Shown: in pieces, positions 10,909 to 23,950 of the stretch
Layout of the letters: the number at the start of each line of letters is the position of its first letter
Numbering within the stretch: the stretch's first letter is position 1
Source: Paraspadella gotoi
Taxonomy: Eukaryota; Animalia; Chaetognatha
Length of the DNA: 64,000 nt
Reading direction: 5' to 3'
Assembly: GCA_051294375.1 (NCBI GenBank)
Contig: CM119269.1
Location: 11,452,883-11,516,882, forward strand
The notes under the pieces: model-generated
Database searches by the model: none
What the model saw: the letters and a program-made list of their open reading frames with translations, nothing else
Told to the model about the DNA's origin: nothing
Position numbers and translations under genes: made by a program

Positions 10909-13900
10909 ATGGAACCGGAACCGAAACCACCAGGGGCGGAAACTCCGTCGTCGACGGATTCGCCGCCCCCGCCACCGCCTCCGACTCAATTGCCGCCAGC
11001 CACCGCGGAGACGATGATGACTCTTCTCGGGCAAATGATGAGCCAGATGATGCAGATGCAACAACAACAGGTGCAAGTTGCCGCTACGATGCAGGTACTT
11101 TTGTCTAAAGAGGAGACTCCCGCTCCGCCTCATATTTCGGTTCCGACAGGACACCTTTTCGCCGCCCGAGCGAGCACCGTCAGTTTCGTCGACGTCTTCG
11201 CGTCAGTTCCGGCGTCGCCGGCGGCGACCGTTCTGCCGCCCGCGCCGCCATTTCGCGTCCAACGGCCCCAGCTCCGCCGATTGTGGCCGTCAAGCTCTCT
11301 CCTCCCTCTTCCGCGTTTGCTTCCGGATCCGACGAATCCGGCTACGACGAGGCCGACGCCGTCGCCACGACGAGATCGACGCGCCCACCACAACGACGCC
11401 ACGACGAGTACGGCCGCTACGACTACGACCACTTCCGTGCGTACACCATAGCGACGGCAGCCGCCGCCGCCGCAGCGACGATGATGACGACGATGTGGAA
11501 TCCGTCGTCGTTCCTGTGGGGAGTCGTCTGGGCGCTTCACAATACGAGCGCCGCTCCGACCAACTTTTCCAAAGTACGAGGATGGAGATTCCTTGAGGAG
11601 TTTCGCTTTCGCCTTTGAGGAGGAGGTGATGACGAGTGAGATGCCACGTAAGGTTTGGCGGGGGAAGTTTGTAGCGCTACTAAAAGAGTTCCGCGCACTA
11701 TGGCTACCAACTTCATTCAAGCTAGGAAGGCCGCAGGATGGACGCCACATACGACGAGGTGCGCGACCACCTCTTCGACAGGTTGAAACTTCATCGATGA
11801 AGCACCTCGGCATGAGCTGGAAAGCGCGGTGAAGAAGAAGGAAGAAACTATGCTTATGTATGCCGCACGTCTCCAAACTCTCGCCGCCGCGCCTATGGAC
11901 GTGAGTATGATAACTCACAAATCGAAACCAAGGTGCGGGAAGTCTTCATGAGGAATTTGAGAGACCTCTGGACACAAAGTAAGGGAGATGTTGCCTGGAC
12001 TTTGGATCGCTCTATTTCGTTCGCGCGATCGTATGAGACGCAAGATACTCAGAAGAATCCAAAGCCGTCGTCCACGCCATTGGCTCATCCGGAAGCAGCG
12101 CCGCAGCAGCGCCGCCTCAAGAGCGCTGCAGGATCGTGTTGCATTGCGGCGTCACAGGGCATAGAAAAGATGATTGCTGGAAAATTCACCCAGAGAAGCG
12201 CCCCAAAAATGGAGGACCGCGCTTCAAGAGATCAACGCAACCAAGTAAGGACAGGAAGAAACCGGGGAAGGGGGGAGAAGAGAAGGGACTCGCTCTCCCC
12301 CCGCCACGTCTCAACCTTCACCCTCCGTCCCCCGCCTCATCTTAAACTGAAGGCAGGCCGAGCTCGACATCTCCGACGACTCCGATGGAATGGATCTGCT
12401 TCAGGGAAATAGCGACGACATCTCCAAGGGAACCGGAAGTCCAGCGCGCGCCGAGTCATCTACGCGTCTCGCCGCGGCGCCACCGGCTTCGCAGGGGATC
12501 TACCGAGCACCTGATGACAACGATACATTCCTAAGCAGACTGACGAGACTCGAGCTCCGACGAGGGAAGCGCCGCCTACTTCCGTCGACGACGCCGTTCA
12601 TCGAGGGAGCGCCGCTTCAATATCTGAGACGACTATTTACCGGTTAGATTATAAATATTCCTGGACCATTTATTCCTGTACAAATTGCAATGAAATTTTA
12701 GAGACCATGATCGATACTGGCAGCGGATCGCTAAATTTACTTTCTAATGACATATTACGTAACCAATTGCATATTGAATATCCGTTGCGAAGCGAGCCAG
12801 TAAAGGTCATGGGAATTGGTGGGGGTGATCTAGGGCTGTTAGGCTCTGTTAATATTCGTTGCAAATAAATATACACCCCGAGGAGCATTGTCTTTCACAT
12901 AGTACAGGAGAAAGGCATTTGTATTTTGGGTTTAAAAGGAATGCAAGATTTTGACATGGTATTAAATACTAAAAATCAAACGGTACAATGTAACGCAGAT
13001 GGTTAAATATATCGTGAGAAACGCGAGATGGTAACCGAGTTCGAGTTGCCATGGTAACCACTAAACAAGACTGTAATCTGAAATTGCATGAGACTGTCGT
13101 TATTCCCGCTAATTCGCAAATAATAACTTCGTTGATGTCACCGATGATTTCGCCGCGAGGAGACGCTCGAAATAGATTGCCAATTCGCGTGTCGCCGCTA
13201 TGGAATCATTATTCCGCGTTATGTTTGTCGCCCAATGAAAACCATTCCTGTGTTAATTAAAAATTGGTTTTGTTCGCCGATGAAACTGTACCGAGGAAGT
13301 ACGATGGGCGTGGCCAAACCTTGTATTGTTGCGGAAGTGAATGATGATGATGATTCCAAGCCTGTGATCGATATGAAGCATGATGTTGAAGGTGAAGAGT
13401 CGCCTGACGGGCATCCTATTGGAATGATTGATTTGTCTCATCTGGATGATGAAAAGAAAAATAAAGTTGAGGCAGTGTTAAGACGAAAATATCGAGCTAT
13501 TAGCCGCGGACAATGGGACATTGGCCGCACGTCATTGTTGAATGTAAATTGCAATTGCAAGAAGGTGTGACAACGGTAATCGATTCCGCCGCGTCAGTTT
13601 CCGCTTGCCAAGCAGAAGGCTGCGGAAGAGAAAGCGCGTGAGCTAGAAGAACATGGACTCATCAAGCGTTGTAGTCAATCTTGCTACAGAAGCTGGCCGG
13701 TATTGTGTAAGAAACGTGATGAACATGGCGTCGTGCACGAGAATGCACGCTTTGCCATTGATTACCGGAAACAAATCTGTCTACGGTTCCCAGGACGCAA
13801 TGCCTCCCGAGAATGGGAGATGTGTTTGACAATATTTCTGGCATGCGGTTGGTTTTCGAAAATTGATTTAAATTATGGTACCATGAGATTCCAATGTCAC

Positions 13901-16300
13901 CAGAGTCAGCACCATTGACATGTTTTGAGGTTCCAAACGCGGTCAGTACATGTGGACCGTTCTCCCCTTCGTCTTCAAAGTGGGCGGCCGTATTCACTGA
14001 GCTGATGGAACTGGCATTGCATGGTCTCACCTTCTCCACCTGCCTCGCCTACCTTGACGACATCATTGTCTTCGATCACGATTTCGACGAACACGTGGTG
14101 CATTTGGAAGAGGTCTTAACTAGGCTAGAAGTTGCTGGATTGAAGGCCAAGGCTTCCAAGGTTAGTCTCTGCAAAAATGAAATTGAATTATTGGGTCACG
14201 TGATAAACGAGAATGGCATCAAACCGGATACCATGAAAACTCAGTCTGTCCGAACTGGCCAACGCCGACTACGGTAAAAGAGGTTCAGTCGTTCGTTGCT
14301 TTTTCAATTTTTATCGTAGATTTGTTCCGAACTTCTCTGGCATCGCAAAACCCTCTATGAGCTTTCCAAAAGGACCGGATTCCATTGGAGTGACGCTTGT
14401 CAAAAAGCATTCGAAGAGCTCAAGAATATAATGTGTTCGGATCTTGTTCTGGCGTTGCCTGATTTGAATAAAACTTTCCACTCGACTGACTGGAGTGCTC
14501 TGAACTCCAGTTACATCCTGTCTCAAGTCGACGATGCCACAGGTAAGTTAAGGCCCATCCTTTATGGAAGTAAGGTCCATACAGGACCTGATGTGTCGGC
14601 TACTACGAGAAATCGCCTGATTCCTCATATCTAGGAGAGTTCAAAAGTCTCACAACGGCTATGCTAGCGACACATAATTATTTACTGGCTAAACGCGACT
14701 TTATTCTTATTCAGACAACTTTGCTCTTTCAAATCTGTTGTCTAGTCGCCGCCCGCAAGCGTTCGTCATAAGAACGCTAGGTAAGTTAGCCCAGTTTGAG
14801 ACTTCGTCAAGCACTTACCAGGTAAGCAAAATATTGGGCCTGATTTGTTGAGTCGGATTGACTTCGCGAGAAACAATCCTGTGCCAGAACAGGACTGGTC
14901 AGAATTGTCGGAAGGTTCGCTCCAGTAGTAATAGTTGCTCCTGTTGCAACACGGGCCAATGACGCAGCTGCAGCTGCATCCACATCCGATACTGATCCTG
15001 GATCGGGGACGCCTTGATCCAACAGGATCTGTGGAGGAAGTGGAGGCCGTTACAAGAGCGATGGGGATTAAGTAAGCTCAAGCTTTAGAGATCCGCGTCA
15101 ACGCCCCGACAGAAAGAGGCGCGTAAGGAAAGTCCCCACTAAGGTCGTACTACGCAAGTTTCGACCAATTCAAAGTAAGTAATGACGTAATCGTTCGAGT
15201 TTGACGGACAAGGACGGACAAGGTAAGAATTTGGCCGTGGTACCTGAGAGTGCAGTTCCGGAATTACTGCGCTTAGCGCACGACAACAAGGTCTTGGGCA
15301 GAATAAAACGGTTGAATTTCTCCGACGTCTATATTACGTTTTCGGTTTGGCCGCGTCGTCGAAGACTGGATTCGTTCGTGCGAATCTGTCAAAGGAGAAA
15401 GCAACAAAACCGTAAGGCCCCGTTGCAACAAGATTATTGCAGTTATTTCAATGAAAGAGTTGCATTTGATATTAAAGCCCATTAAGAGAGACTAACATAA
15501 ACAAATTCCGCTATATATTGATTATCACTGATTATTTCAGTCGATTAACTATTCTCGCTGGTTAAAAGGGTCACAGAGAAGTACTTACTGCATTGTATGA
15601 GCATTATATTGCATATTTCGGAGTTCCGTTCGCGTTTCATAGTGATGCGTCACCGACGTTTCATGGCGCCGCCGCGAAAGATTTCTATCATCTCCTCGGC
15701 ATCCACAAGACGAAGACGGTTCCATTCCATCCAATGGGAGACGGATTGGTTGAAAAGAAACATTCGCCTCCATTTCAGGTTTAGTAACTGCCATGTTGAT
15801 GGAACGGATGCTGATGGTGACCGATTGGACGGCGCTGAATGGGATACACGCCTGAAGAAGGCACAATTGGCAGTTAACGCGACGCCGAATCGTTCTACCT
15901 CTTTTTCTCCTTTCAAAATTCTCACCGGAAGTGAAATGTTTGTTCCGATGACGCTTGTTTATCCGGTGGAAAACGCGCGAGAAACTATTGCAGGCACCGT
16001 TAGAGGTTGCAAGATAGGCAATCGAGAATGTTCCACGCCGTAATGGAACATATGGGTCATGAGCTGGCATACAAAAAAGATATTATGATCTTCGTTCTAA
16101 AATTCCTGAGTTTAATATTGGTGACAAAGTTCTTTATCGAAAGTTTGCGATAGCCGCCCATGAAGCTAAAGCATTTGCTCCTAAATATTTTGATTCCACT
16201 TTGAAATTACTAAAAACATTGTCTGATGTAAATTACGTCATTCGAACGAAAAGTCCGGAAGGAAACGCGTAATCTCACGGCAAATTCCATTTGCGTCCAG
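10909..16300 (+). pseudogene. Frameshift-disrupted gag-pol of the LTR element
   Basis: Pro/Gln-rich Gag N-terminus, CCHC-type knuckle (HCGVTGHRKDDC, ~12140), protease IDTGSG (~12710), RT YLDD (~14050), RNase H ~14480-14850 and integrase motifs (RVAFDI, FHSD, HPMGDGLVE) spread over several frames. Confidence 0.88.
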
Positions 16301-16519
16301 TCGTAGAGAGACGCCATCACCATGGAAACGGTATCAACAGAGGAACCTCGACGACAAGACCGGAAGAATTCTGGATCAGAGACGAAGTTGTTGATCATCA
16401 TCTGAGTACTAGCGAGTTCTGCTAGTCGTTCTACTCGATCGAGGAAGCTGCTCGAAACTAACTGACTTTTTATTGGATGATTCAAGTCGAAAGGTTTTGT
16501 AAATATGATTATTAATCTG

Positions 16520-16880
16520 TGATATAAATCCTTCTTTCTCTTTTGGGACGATTAGAGTACAGTTTGAGTTTAGTTTTGACAACGATTTCTCTCTCTCTCT
16601 CTCTCTTTTTTCACCATTTCCAACTTCTTTCACAACTTATTTGTCTTTTTTCAACTCAGCTGTCACTCACCAATTTGACCACTGTCTTTCTACAACTCTG
16701 TGTTGGAAAACTTTTCCCTCTCTCTCTCTCTTTCTCGTTATCTCTCTTTACTCTCTTCCTTTACACAAATATATATTTCAAAGTTCACTAATGTGATGAA
16801 GCTTGAAATGAAGCGAAACACTGTCCTGTTTTTGAATCAAATAAATCCGTGTCAAACTAAACTCAAACTGTCTCTGATTA
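16520..16880 (+). mobile_element. Penelope-like pseudo-LTR insertion with degenerate hammerhead (16791-16826)
   Basis: Similar to 61660-61900. Reads gTGATGAA-GCTT-gaaatg-AAGC-GAAACAcTGTC. Confidence 0.55.
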
Positions 16881-17509
16881 TTAATCTATTTCTCACAGTG
16901 TCTAATCCAATCACAACTGTAACTTCTACGTCTGTTTGTTCATTACTACAATTTTATTCATTTATTCATATTTTTCGTCTCCTTGATAATTACGTTAATT
17001 GTACGCTATCCGTCTGATGTTCGCAACGAGCAAGCCATGCGATCGTAGGAACAAAAGGGCATCGCCTGAGATTTCCGTTCCACGAAGTAGATTGTCAGCC
17101 GCTCGCTGAGTTTCTGGAAGGGAAGAATTGAAAATATGGTTAGTTCTTCTGTTAATCCATTGAATCATATGGGTATCGATTTTCTACCCAAAGGAAAATT
17201 GGGTCTAGGTCAGTAGTTGTTTACTTTTTTATTATCTATCGCTGATCTATTAAGTCTTCCAATTATACTCAAATGTTTGGCAGTTACGCGAAATCATGGA
17301 CGATGAGAAAATGAGAAGAATGATGTAGTGAATGGACATGGTACTGATCATTCTATCTACGACGAAGCTGATTTTTCAACTCTCTGTAGAAAGGAATAAT
17401 TGCGATTCCGTTCTGCTAAGTATCAGGCTTTAGTATGTTCCGGTATTATAGTTATATGTTCTCTAACGACATTGTTTGAAACAAATTGAAACTGCCCCTT
17501 ACCTTATGT

Positions 17510-18289
17510 TAATCCATGGAGTCCCCCTCCTCGAAGTCGATGTCTTCGACAATCATACCACCGTCGTCGTCATCATCATCATCATCAGCGTCATCCTCGG
17601 GCGCCGCCGGAGAAGATGGCGCCGAGCTGGCGCCGGCAGAGGACGGCCCTCCGAACCAGAATCGCTCTGTTGCGGAGATGGAGAAGCCCGAGAGATGATG
17701 ATCCGGGGATGGAGAATCCTGGAGATGAATCCGGGATGGAGAGCCGGAACGGGATCTCGCTGATAGGGAGATTCCGGCGCTGACGCCGACCCGGAAGCGG
17801 ATCTCTCACGACTGGAGAGTCGGGTTCCGGTCATTCTCTGATTCCGGGCCGGTGGAGGATTTTGCCGGTGATACATCGTAATCCGAGACGATGCATCGAG
17901 AGGAGGAGCGGACGCCGCTCTTCGTCGGGATCCTCCGGCCTTACAGAGAGGAGACCGCTGTCCGAGGAATTCTTCGACGTTGGCAAAACACTGGCGATTT
18001 TGCCAAGGTGGAGAGGAGCAAGGCGAGCTCGTGAGGGTGGGGAAAAATGTCCCATGACCGACGCCGCCTTTGACACAGCTGAGTCCTCCGGAAGTGTAGG
18101 CCGCGGACTGGGAGGAGGTAAGACGCAGCTGGTCACCAGCTGCGCCACGTTGATGACGCCCCAGCCGCGTTGAAATTCACTTCCGGAGAACCGTGCGAGG
18201 CACCCCGCCAGATAGCTGCACACGAGGCGTGCAGCTGGGGCGTGATGACCTCGACACGCCGGCAGGCGTGGAAGACGAGTTTGGGCGAG
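17510..18289 (-). pseudogene. Candidate antisense extra-ORF exon inside the LTR element (Ser/Pro-rich, acidic C-terminus)
   Basis: GC-rich block between a - strand acceptor (cattttag| at 18290) and donor (AG|GTAAGG at ~17503). Overlapping frameshifted ORFs end ...PEDDADDDDDDDDGGMIVEDIDFEEGDSMD*. Confidence 0.45.
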
Positions 18290-19425
18290 CTAAAATGAAT
18301 AAGTAAATATAACTAAAATTAATACCATGATCCAGTCAAATCTTGCAAATTATATGCTCCATAATATTGCCAAATAATATTGATTATTACGTTTAAGTCT
18401 TGTACGTGTTATTTCATGTTGTTGAAATAAGTCCAGAGAATACATTTAGTCTTTTCCGTTCTATCGAGTCAGATAGAACAACGTTTTTCGTGATTACACG
18501 ATGGAATTATTATTATTATTTTATTCGAATACAAATACATTCAGCTTGTATACGTTATGTAACAGAAACAAATTCTCGTCAATGATATAAGCAATTAGGC
18601 AATCACGAAATTCGTTTCTGGCAGTGAGGATGAATAAATGTTCATTTTCAAATTTTGTTACAAATCATTGTTAAAAGAGTATTCGTGTCTTCCCCTTTTC
18701 GTTTGTATTCCGACAACTCGATCATAGGTCAAGGAATTAATTATTATTTTTCTATATTCCTTCCGGAACCAGTACAATTAATTATCATAAATCAAGGATT
18801 GTGATTTATTTTTCTATATTCCTCCAGGAACCAGTAGAATTAATTATCGATCATGACAACATTGTTACTTTCTTTTTGAACTTCTCCATAATCAATTCTA
18901 AATACGGTTCCTAAATTTAGATCGAGTGGGCTCTAGTGGAAACAATGTCATTTTGTTTACGTTCAAAAAGTACATTTTCGATGAATGGTTATTGACGATT
19001 TCTATTCCTATTATTTCCGCAAGTTTCCTTGATTACTGGTACTCGTTCTTTATGTGTACATAACTTACTTGATTAATCCATGATTACCCAGTGAAGATGG
19101 GTAAATATCAAAACGAGTTGTCGGGAGAGAGTAAAATTAAACGTTTTCGAAAAAAATTTAGAGGATGGAAAAAACACTTGCTCGAGGTTGGGATTGCCAC
19201 AAGAAGTGAGAGAATATCGAGAGGTTAGGGACCGGGTAAACGATTATACATTCTAGGGCAAGGAAATCTGGATTCGAAAGAAGCGAGAGATTTATACCCT
19301 TACGCTTGTACGGCCAGGCTCGGGTCGAAAAGAGAAAGCGACGAAGGTAGACTAAAGGTCATAAAGTGGGGATAGGGGAGACTAAGGAAGATGAGGACAT
19401 CTTCTTCTTCTTTGAGGGGTCGAGT

Positions 19426-20103
19426 TATAAGGAATAGGCCTCTGTCTCGTCTCCGTCCTCCCCTTCGTCTTCTCGCTTTCTTCTCTCTCGTCTCGAAATT
19501 CTCAGTCGCTCACGTACATCCCGGATATAACCACCTCCTAAAAATATCTTCCATTTACTATTTTCTGTCTCTCTCTCTCTCTCTCTTAGCATCTTGACGT
19601 TTAAGACCATAAAAATTGAAATTAAGAAAGGCGTCGGGATCTTGTTGTCGTTGTTGTCGATGACGTACAAAAATGTGGACTTTGAGAGAGGCGTTGCGCG
19701 CGTCGGACAACATGTAAGGAGCTGATTGGGGGACGGCCGCGTCTCCGACACACCGTCCGCCAATCGGGAGACTTGGGCATTCTCGACCCCCTCCACATGA
19801 GCAAAGATATAAAAGCAACAACTCTGAAGCATCAGAGAGAACTTATAATAATTATTTTAGTCTCCATTATTTTTGCTTATATTTTTGTGAGGTGTCTTTA
19901 ACACTTGTAAAGAATAAACTATTTCTGCCATCCTATTTTTGTTGAACCAAAACCTCTTATTATTTATTCACGATTTGAAAGAAAGAAAGAAGGACGAGCA
20001 AGAGAGAAAGAATTCGATTAGCGAGCCAGTGGAGTCAGCATAACGAAGAACCCGTAAAGCAACTTTAGGCGACAGTTGTCCCCTTGCTGCAATGAGTGCT
20101 ACA
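19426..20103 (+). repeat. 3' LTR preceded by a purine-rich tract (GAGGGGTCGAG)
   Basis: Direct repeat of 9967-10653, followed by the TSD ACAAG. Confidence 0.93.
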
Positions 20104-21080
20104 ACAAGATATTTTTTAATTTTTAATAAAACAAAAATAGGAGAAGAAGCTACTGGTATTTTTCAACTAATATTGGTAAAAAATCATTATTTTATAGCAT
20201 ATTAAACCTCTTTCTTTAAAAATTATTATCATTTTGCATCAATACTTGTTTACTTTGACGCTCGATTGGGTTTATTAGCAACACATTTTTTGCTTAAACA
20301 GGCTTTTTAAATGAATTCAAGATAAGAATAATGGGAAACCGGACCGAGGAGAACTTAGTATGGGATTTTTTGAGGCTGGGGAACTCTAATAAGTGTCTTC
20401 TAATTTATACTAATACTGATTGATGATTAATGATTTGATTGATCTAGTGATTGATCTATTATTTTTTATTTATCAATCGTAAATGGGCGGTTTAATTAGC
20501 GTAAAAATCCCGCTCAGTTTCACGGCCTATTTCGCGATCAGTTTATATTCGTTTTTCGGCGCATTTTTCTTCAAAATATTTTCATCTTCAAAAATTAAAC
20601 TTAAATTAAATAAAATTTTTTCTCAGTCACGCGCGTCCCACATTTCGTCCAACATTTCGTCTCGTCTACCTGGATTACCTCATCAAAGCTCAAGTTTAAT
20701 TCTTTTTTATAAGGCGTTTTCAACGATTTCTCTTTTGGCTTAATTTTGAAATACGATACTAACCCTAATCAATTTTTATCCCTTTTTTGAAAAATTTTAT
20801 AACTAGCTCTAAGTTTAAAATACCTTTTCATTTAATTTTAACCTACGATATTGTGAGAAACCGTCTCGCCAACGCGTTTTTTAATTTTACCGCGCCGTAT
20901 TGAGCAATTTTCATTTGATAATTTTGCTCGCTCTAATTCTACAAAACAATTACACGAAAATTTTTCTTTCGGATTTCTCCCTTGATTAAGAAGATTGAAA
21001 AATTTTTGTCTTGTCTGTACGGCGCAGATTTAGTATTTTTTACAGTAAAGCATTTTTAGCTAACACTCTCTATCATCAAG

Positions 21081-22515
21081 ATGGAGCATCTTTTGGATCT
21101 GGAGGCCCCTCAAGGACGTGGAACTCGCCGCGCCTCCACCTTGCCTCCAGCGGAGAATCTCAAGCGACGCCGCACAGAGGACAGCACCCCTCTACCCATC
21201 ATCACCGTCGACGACGCCACTCCAATCTCATCACCACCACCTTCGCCGGACCAGGACGATGCCTTCAAGACGCCATGCGGCGACCAAACCAGGGTCAAGA
21301 GCATTATCACGCCCCCCCGATCCAACATCGGCTCCATGAGGACCGCACAAGGATCGTCAAACGGGCTGATTACGACTTTCAATAATAGGATCCTAGGATT
21401 AGAGGCAAAACAGGAAAGTTTCAACACAAGTGTAAGGGCATCAATAGAATACCTTACATCCCAGGTTCAACGCCTGCTAGCAGCTCAGCAGGCGCCACAG
21501 TCCATGCCACATAGGTCCACAGGCGACCTCAATCAATGTTTGTGCCAGTTTGCAGGACAGAATCACCCGGACAACGCCGACGCCTCCTCCACCATGCCTA
21601 TGGATTATCAGACGCCCAGCACCAACCGGTCCAAGATGCCTATGTTGCCACCTTTCAATGTTGGCAACATCAGAGCCTGGCTTGCTGCTGTCGAGGGGAG
21701 TTTCCGCCTCGCTGCAGTTACAGACGATCAGCACAAAAAGATGCACCTTCTCGGTGCGGTACCACAGGTGCATCAGGTCCTGGTCAGAGGTTTTTATACT
21801 GACGACCACCCTGTCTCTGGTGGTTACCAAGCCCTGAAAAAGCAGCTGAGCTGTTCGCCGAAAAGCCCTGGCAAAAGGCGCAGAAGCTCCTAGGTCACCA
21901 CTCCCTCGCAGGATGCACGCCCTCGCAGTTTGTGGACGATTGACCATCTCCTCAACGCGATCCTGGCTGAGGTCCTCCCAGCCCATGTGGCTGGAAGGGT
22001 AGTCGGGTAGTCAGCGATGGGGATGAGACGCCGGAAGCGATCGCCAAGAAGGCGGATGCATTTTATTCTGCCCAAGGTGATCTTCAGATCACCTCAAAAC
22101 CCATTGGAAAAGTTGTCTGTCATGTCGACACCTCCAATCGATGGGGCATCTTTGAGGACGACCTTTCCGACTCATTGTGATGAGTATGCACCCGACTTGG
22201 CGGATGACGCATCCATCACAGAGGATGTGCCTCCATGCACGTACGTCAGCGTGTGTGCCGCGACTTCCGGACGTAGCCAACTACGCCCCAGGACACAGGT
22301 CCGGCCTAGCTACTGAAGACCAGCCACAACACAGCAACGTCGTTTCCCCAACAACAGCACCACATTTGCCCGCCGACCATCCAACAACTCCTTCAACTCC
22401 TCACCTGATCTGGTAAATGGACTGTTTCTATCATCGGACGTTCGGAGACCGAACAATTAAATGCTATCCAGGATGCAAGCGGGGAAACGGCCGAGCCAGC
22501 AGCCAGAGGCAGTAA
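21081..22515 (+). pseudogene. CsRn1-clade Ty3/gypsy gag (frameshifted)
   Basis: LPPFN...W...E..F motif and C-X2-H-X9-C-X3-C (CFYHRTFGDRTIKCYPGC, 22423-22476), the CHCC knuckle typical of CsRn1/Boudicca/Kabuki. Stop at 22513-22515. Confidence 0.8.
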
Positions 22516-23950
22516 ATGCCACTGCTGGTAGTATAGAACCCTTACTGCACGTGTATGACAACAACAACAAAATAACATGGCTTGTGGACGGTGGTGCAAG
22601 CGTCACTTTGATGGCGCCTTCGCCATCAGAAAAGCTCCGCGGTGGCTCCGCGCCTCAACTTCATGCTGCAAACTGGTCTCCAATCTCTTCCTATGGCACC
22701 AAACAAACCGCTATCAGACTAGGAAGACGCACATACACACTAACAACTGTACTCGATGACGTTACGACTTCTATCCTTGGAGCTGATTTTCTGATGGAGC
22801 ATCATTTAGCCGCTGACCACAAGCTCGGCCTACTCGTAGATCTTGACGATTTTTCAACAATCAGAGGCAAATCTTACCCAGACAGGCCCTTCAGAGTCAA
22901 TACAGTCAATAATGCCTATTTCAAATTGATTGATGAACGCCCAGAACTCACCCAGCTCAGATTTGATCCTTCGAAACGCAGAAGCACGTGTAGAACACCA
23001 CATTCCAACGCGAGGGTCCGCCTGTCCATTCCCAGCACGACACGACTTGCACCTGACAAACTCAAAGCAGCCAAAGAAGAATTTGCAAAAATGGAGAAGC
23101 TGGGCATTATAAGGAAGAGCAAGAGTGCTTGGGCATCACCACTACATGTGGTCACAAAACCTGACGGCTCACTCAGATGTTGCGGCGACTACAGGGCGCT
23201 CAACGCAGTCACAAAAGACAACCGCTACCCCATCAAAAATTTGATGGATTTCAGAGCACATGTCGCAGGCAAAACAATTTTTTCAAAAGTAAGGGCTACC
23301 ATCAAGTACTCTGTAGCAGAGCAGGATATTTGCAAAACAGCCGTCATCACTCCCTTTGGCTCGTGTGACTTCCCGTTCACCCCATTTGGCCTCAAGAATG
23401 CAGGTCCTGATTTTCAAAGAATGATGGACGAAGCCCTCAAAGATGTACCACACATCTTTGTATATCTAGATGACATCCTGGTCGCCTCAAGCAATGAAGA
23501 AGAACACTTGCAAGATCTCACACTACTGTTTGACACCCTGCAAGCAAATGGTTTAGTAGTGAACAGGGCAAAATGCGTACTGGGCGTACCATCACTCGAC
23601 TTCTCTCGGTTACCAGGTAGACGCAACACTCAGCATTGCCAAAGTAACACATCAGCTTCCACCAACATCAGTCAAAAGGAGGTTCAAAGATACTTGGGCA
23701 TGCTCAACTACTACCAGCGTTTCATTCCACACATTGCCAAAGTCCTTAGACCATTATACCAAGCCTTAAAAGGTAACCCCCGAGTCCTCAAATGGACCGA
23801 GGAGATGACTCAAGCCTTCAACAAGTCGAAAGAAGCTCTTGCAAATGCAACTATGCTTGTCCACCCTGTGGACGGGGCGCCTGTGGCCCTGACCATCGAT
23901 GCGTCACTGACGGCCATTGGCGGCGTCCTGGAGCAGAAGATTGGTGGTCA
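22461..23950 (+). mobile_element. CsRn1-clade pol fragment: protease, RT, RNase H N-terminus
   Basis: LVDGGA protease motif, SAWASPLHVV/DYRALN/PFGLKNAG/YLDD RT motifs and DAS...GGVLEQ RNase H start. Cut off at ~23950 by Helentron-like sequence. Confidence 0.92.
22482..22528 (+). promoter_or_regulatory. Candidate -1 ribosomal frameshift signal (gag to pol)
   Basis: G_GGA_AAC slippery heptamer in gag phase, pol in the -1 frame, and a CCAGCAG/CTGCTGG stem starting 7 nt downstream. Confidence 0.7.

Larger units (their letters stand above)
9967..20103 (+). mobile_element. Full-length Ty3/gypsy LTR retrotransposon (~10.1 kb)
   Basis: Near-identical LTRs, 5-bp TSD ACAAG (9962-9966 and 20104-20108), PBS, PPT, and gag-PR-RT-RH-INT order. 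Confidence 0.95.
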
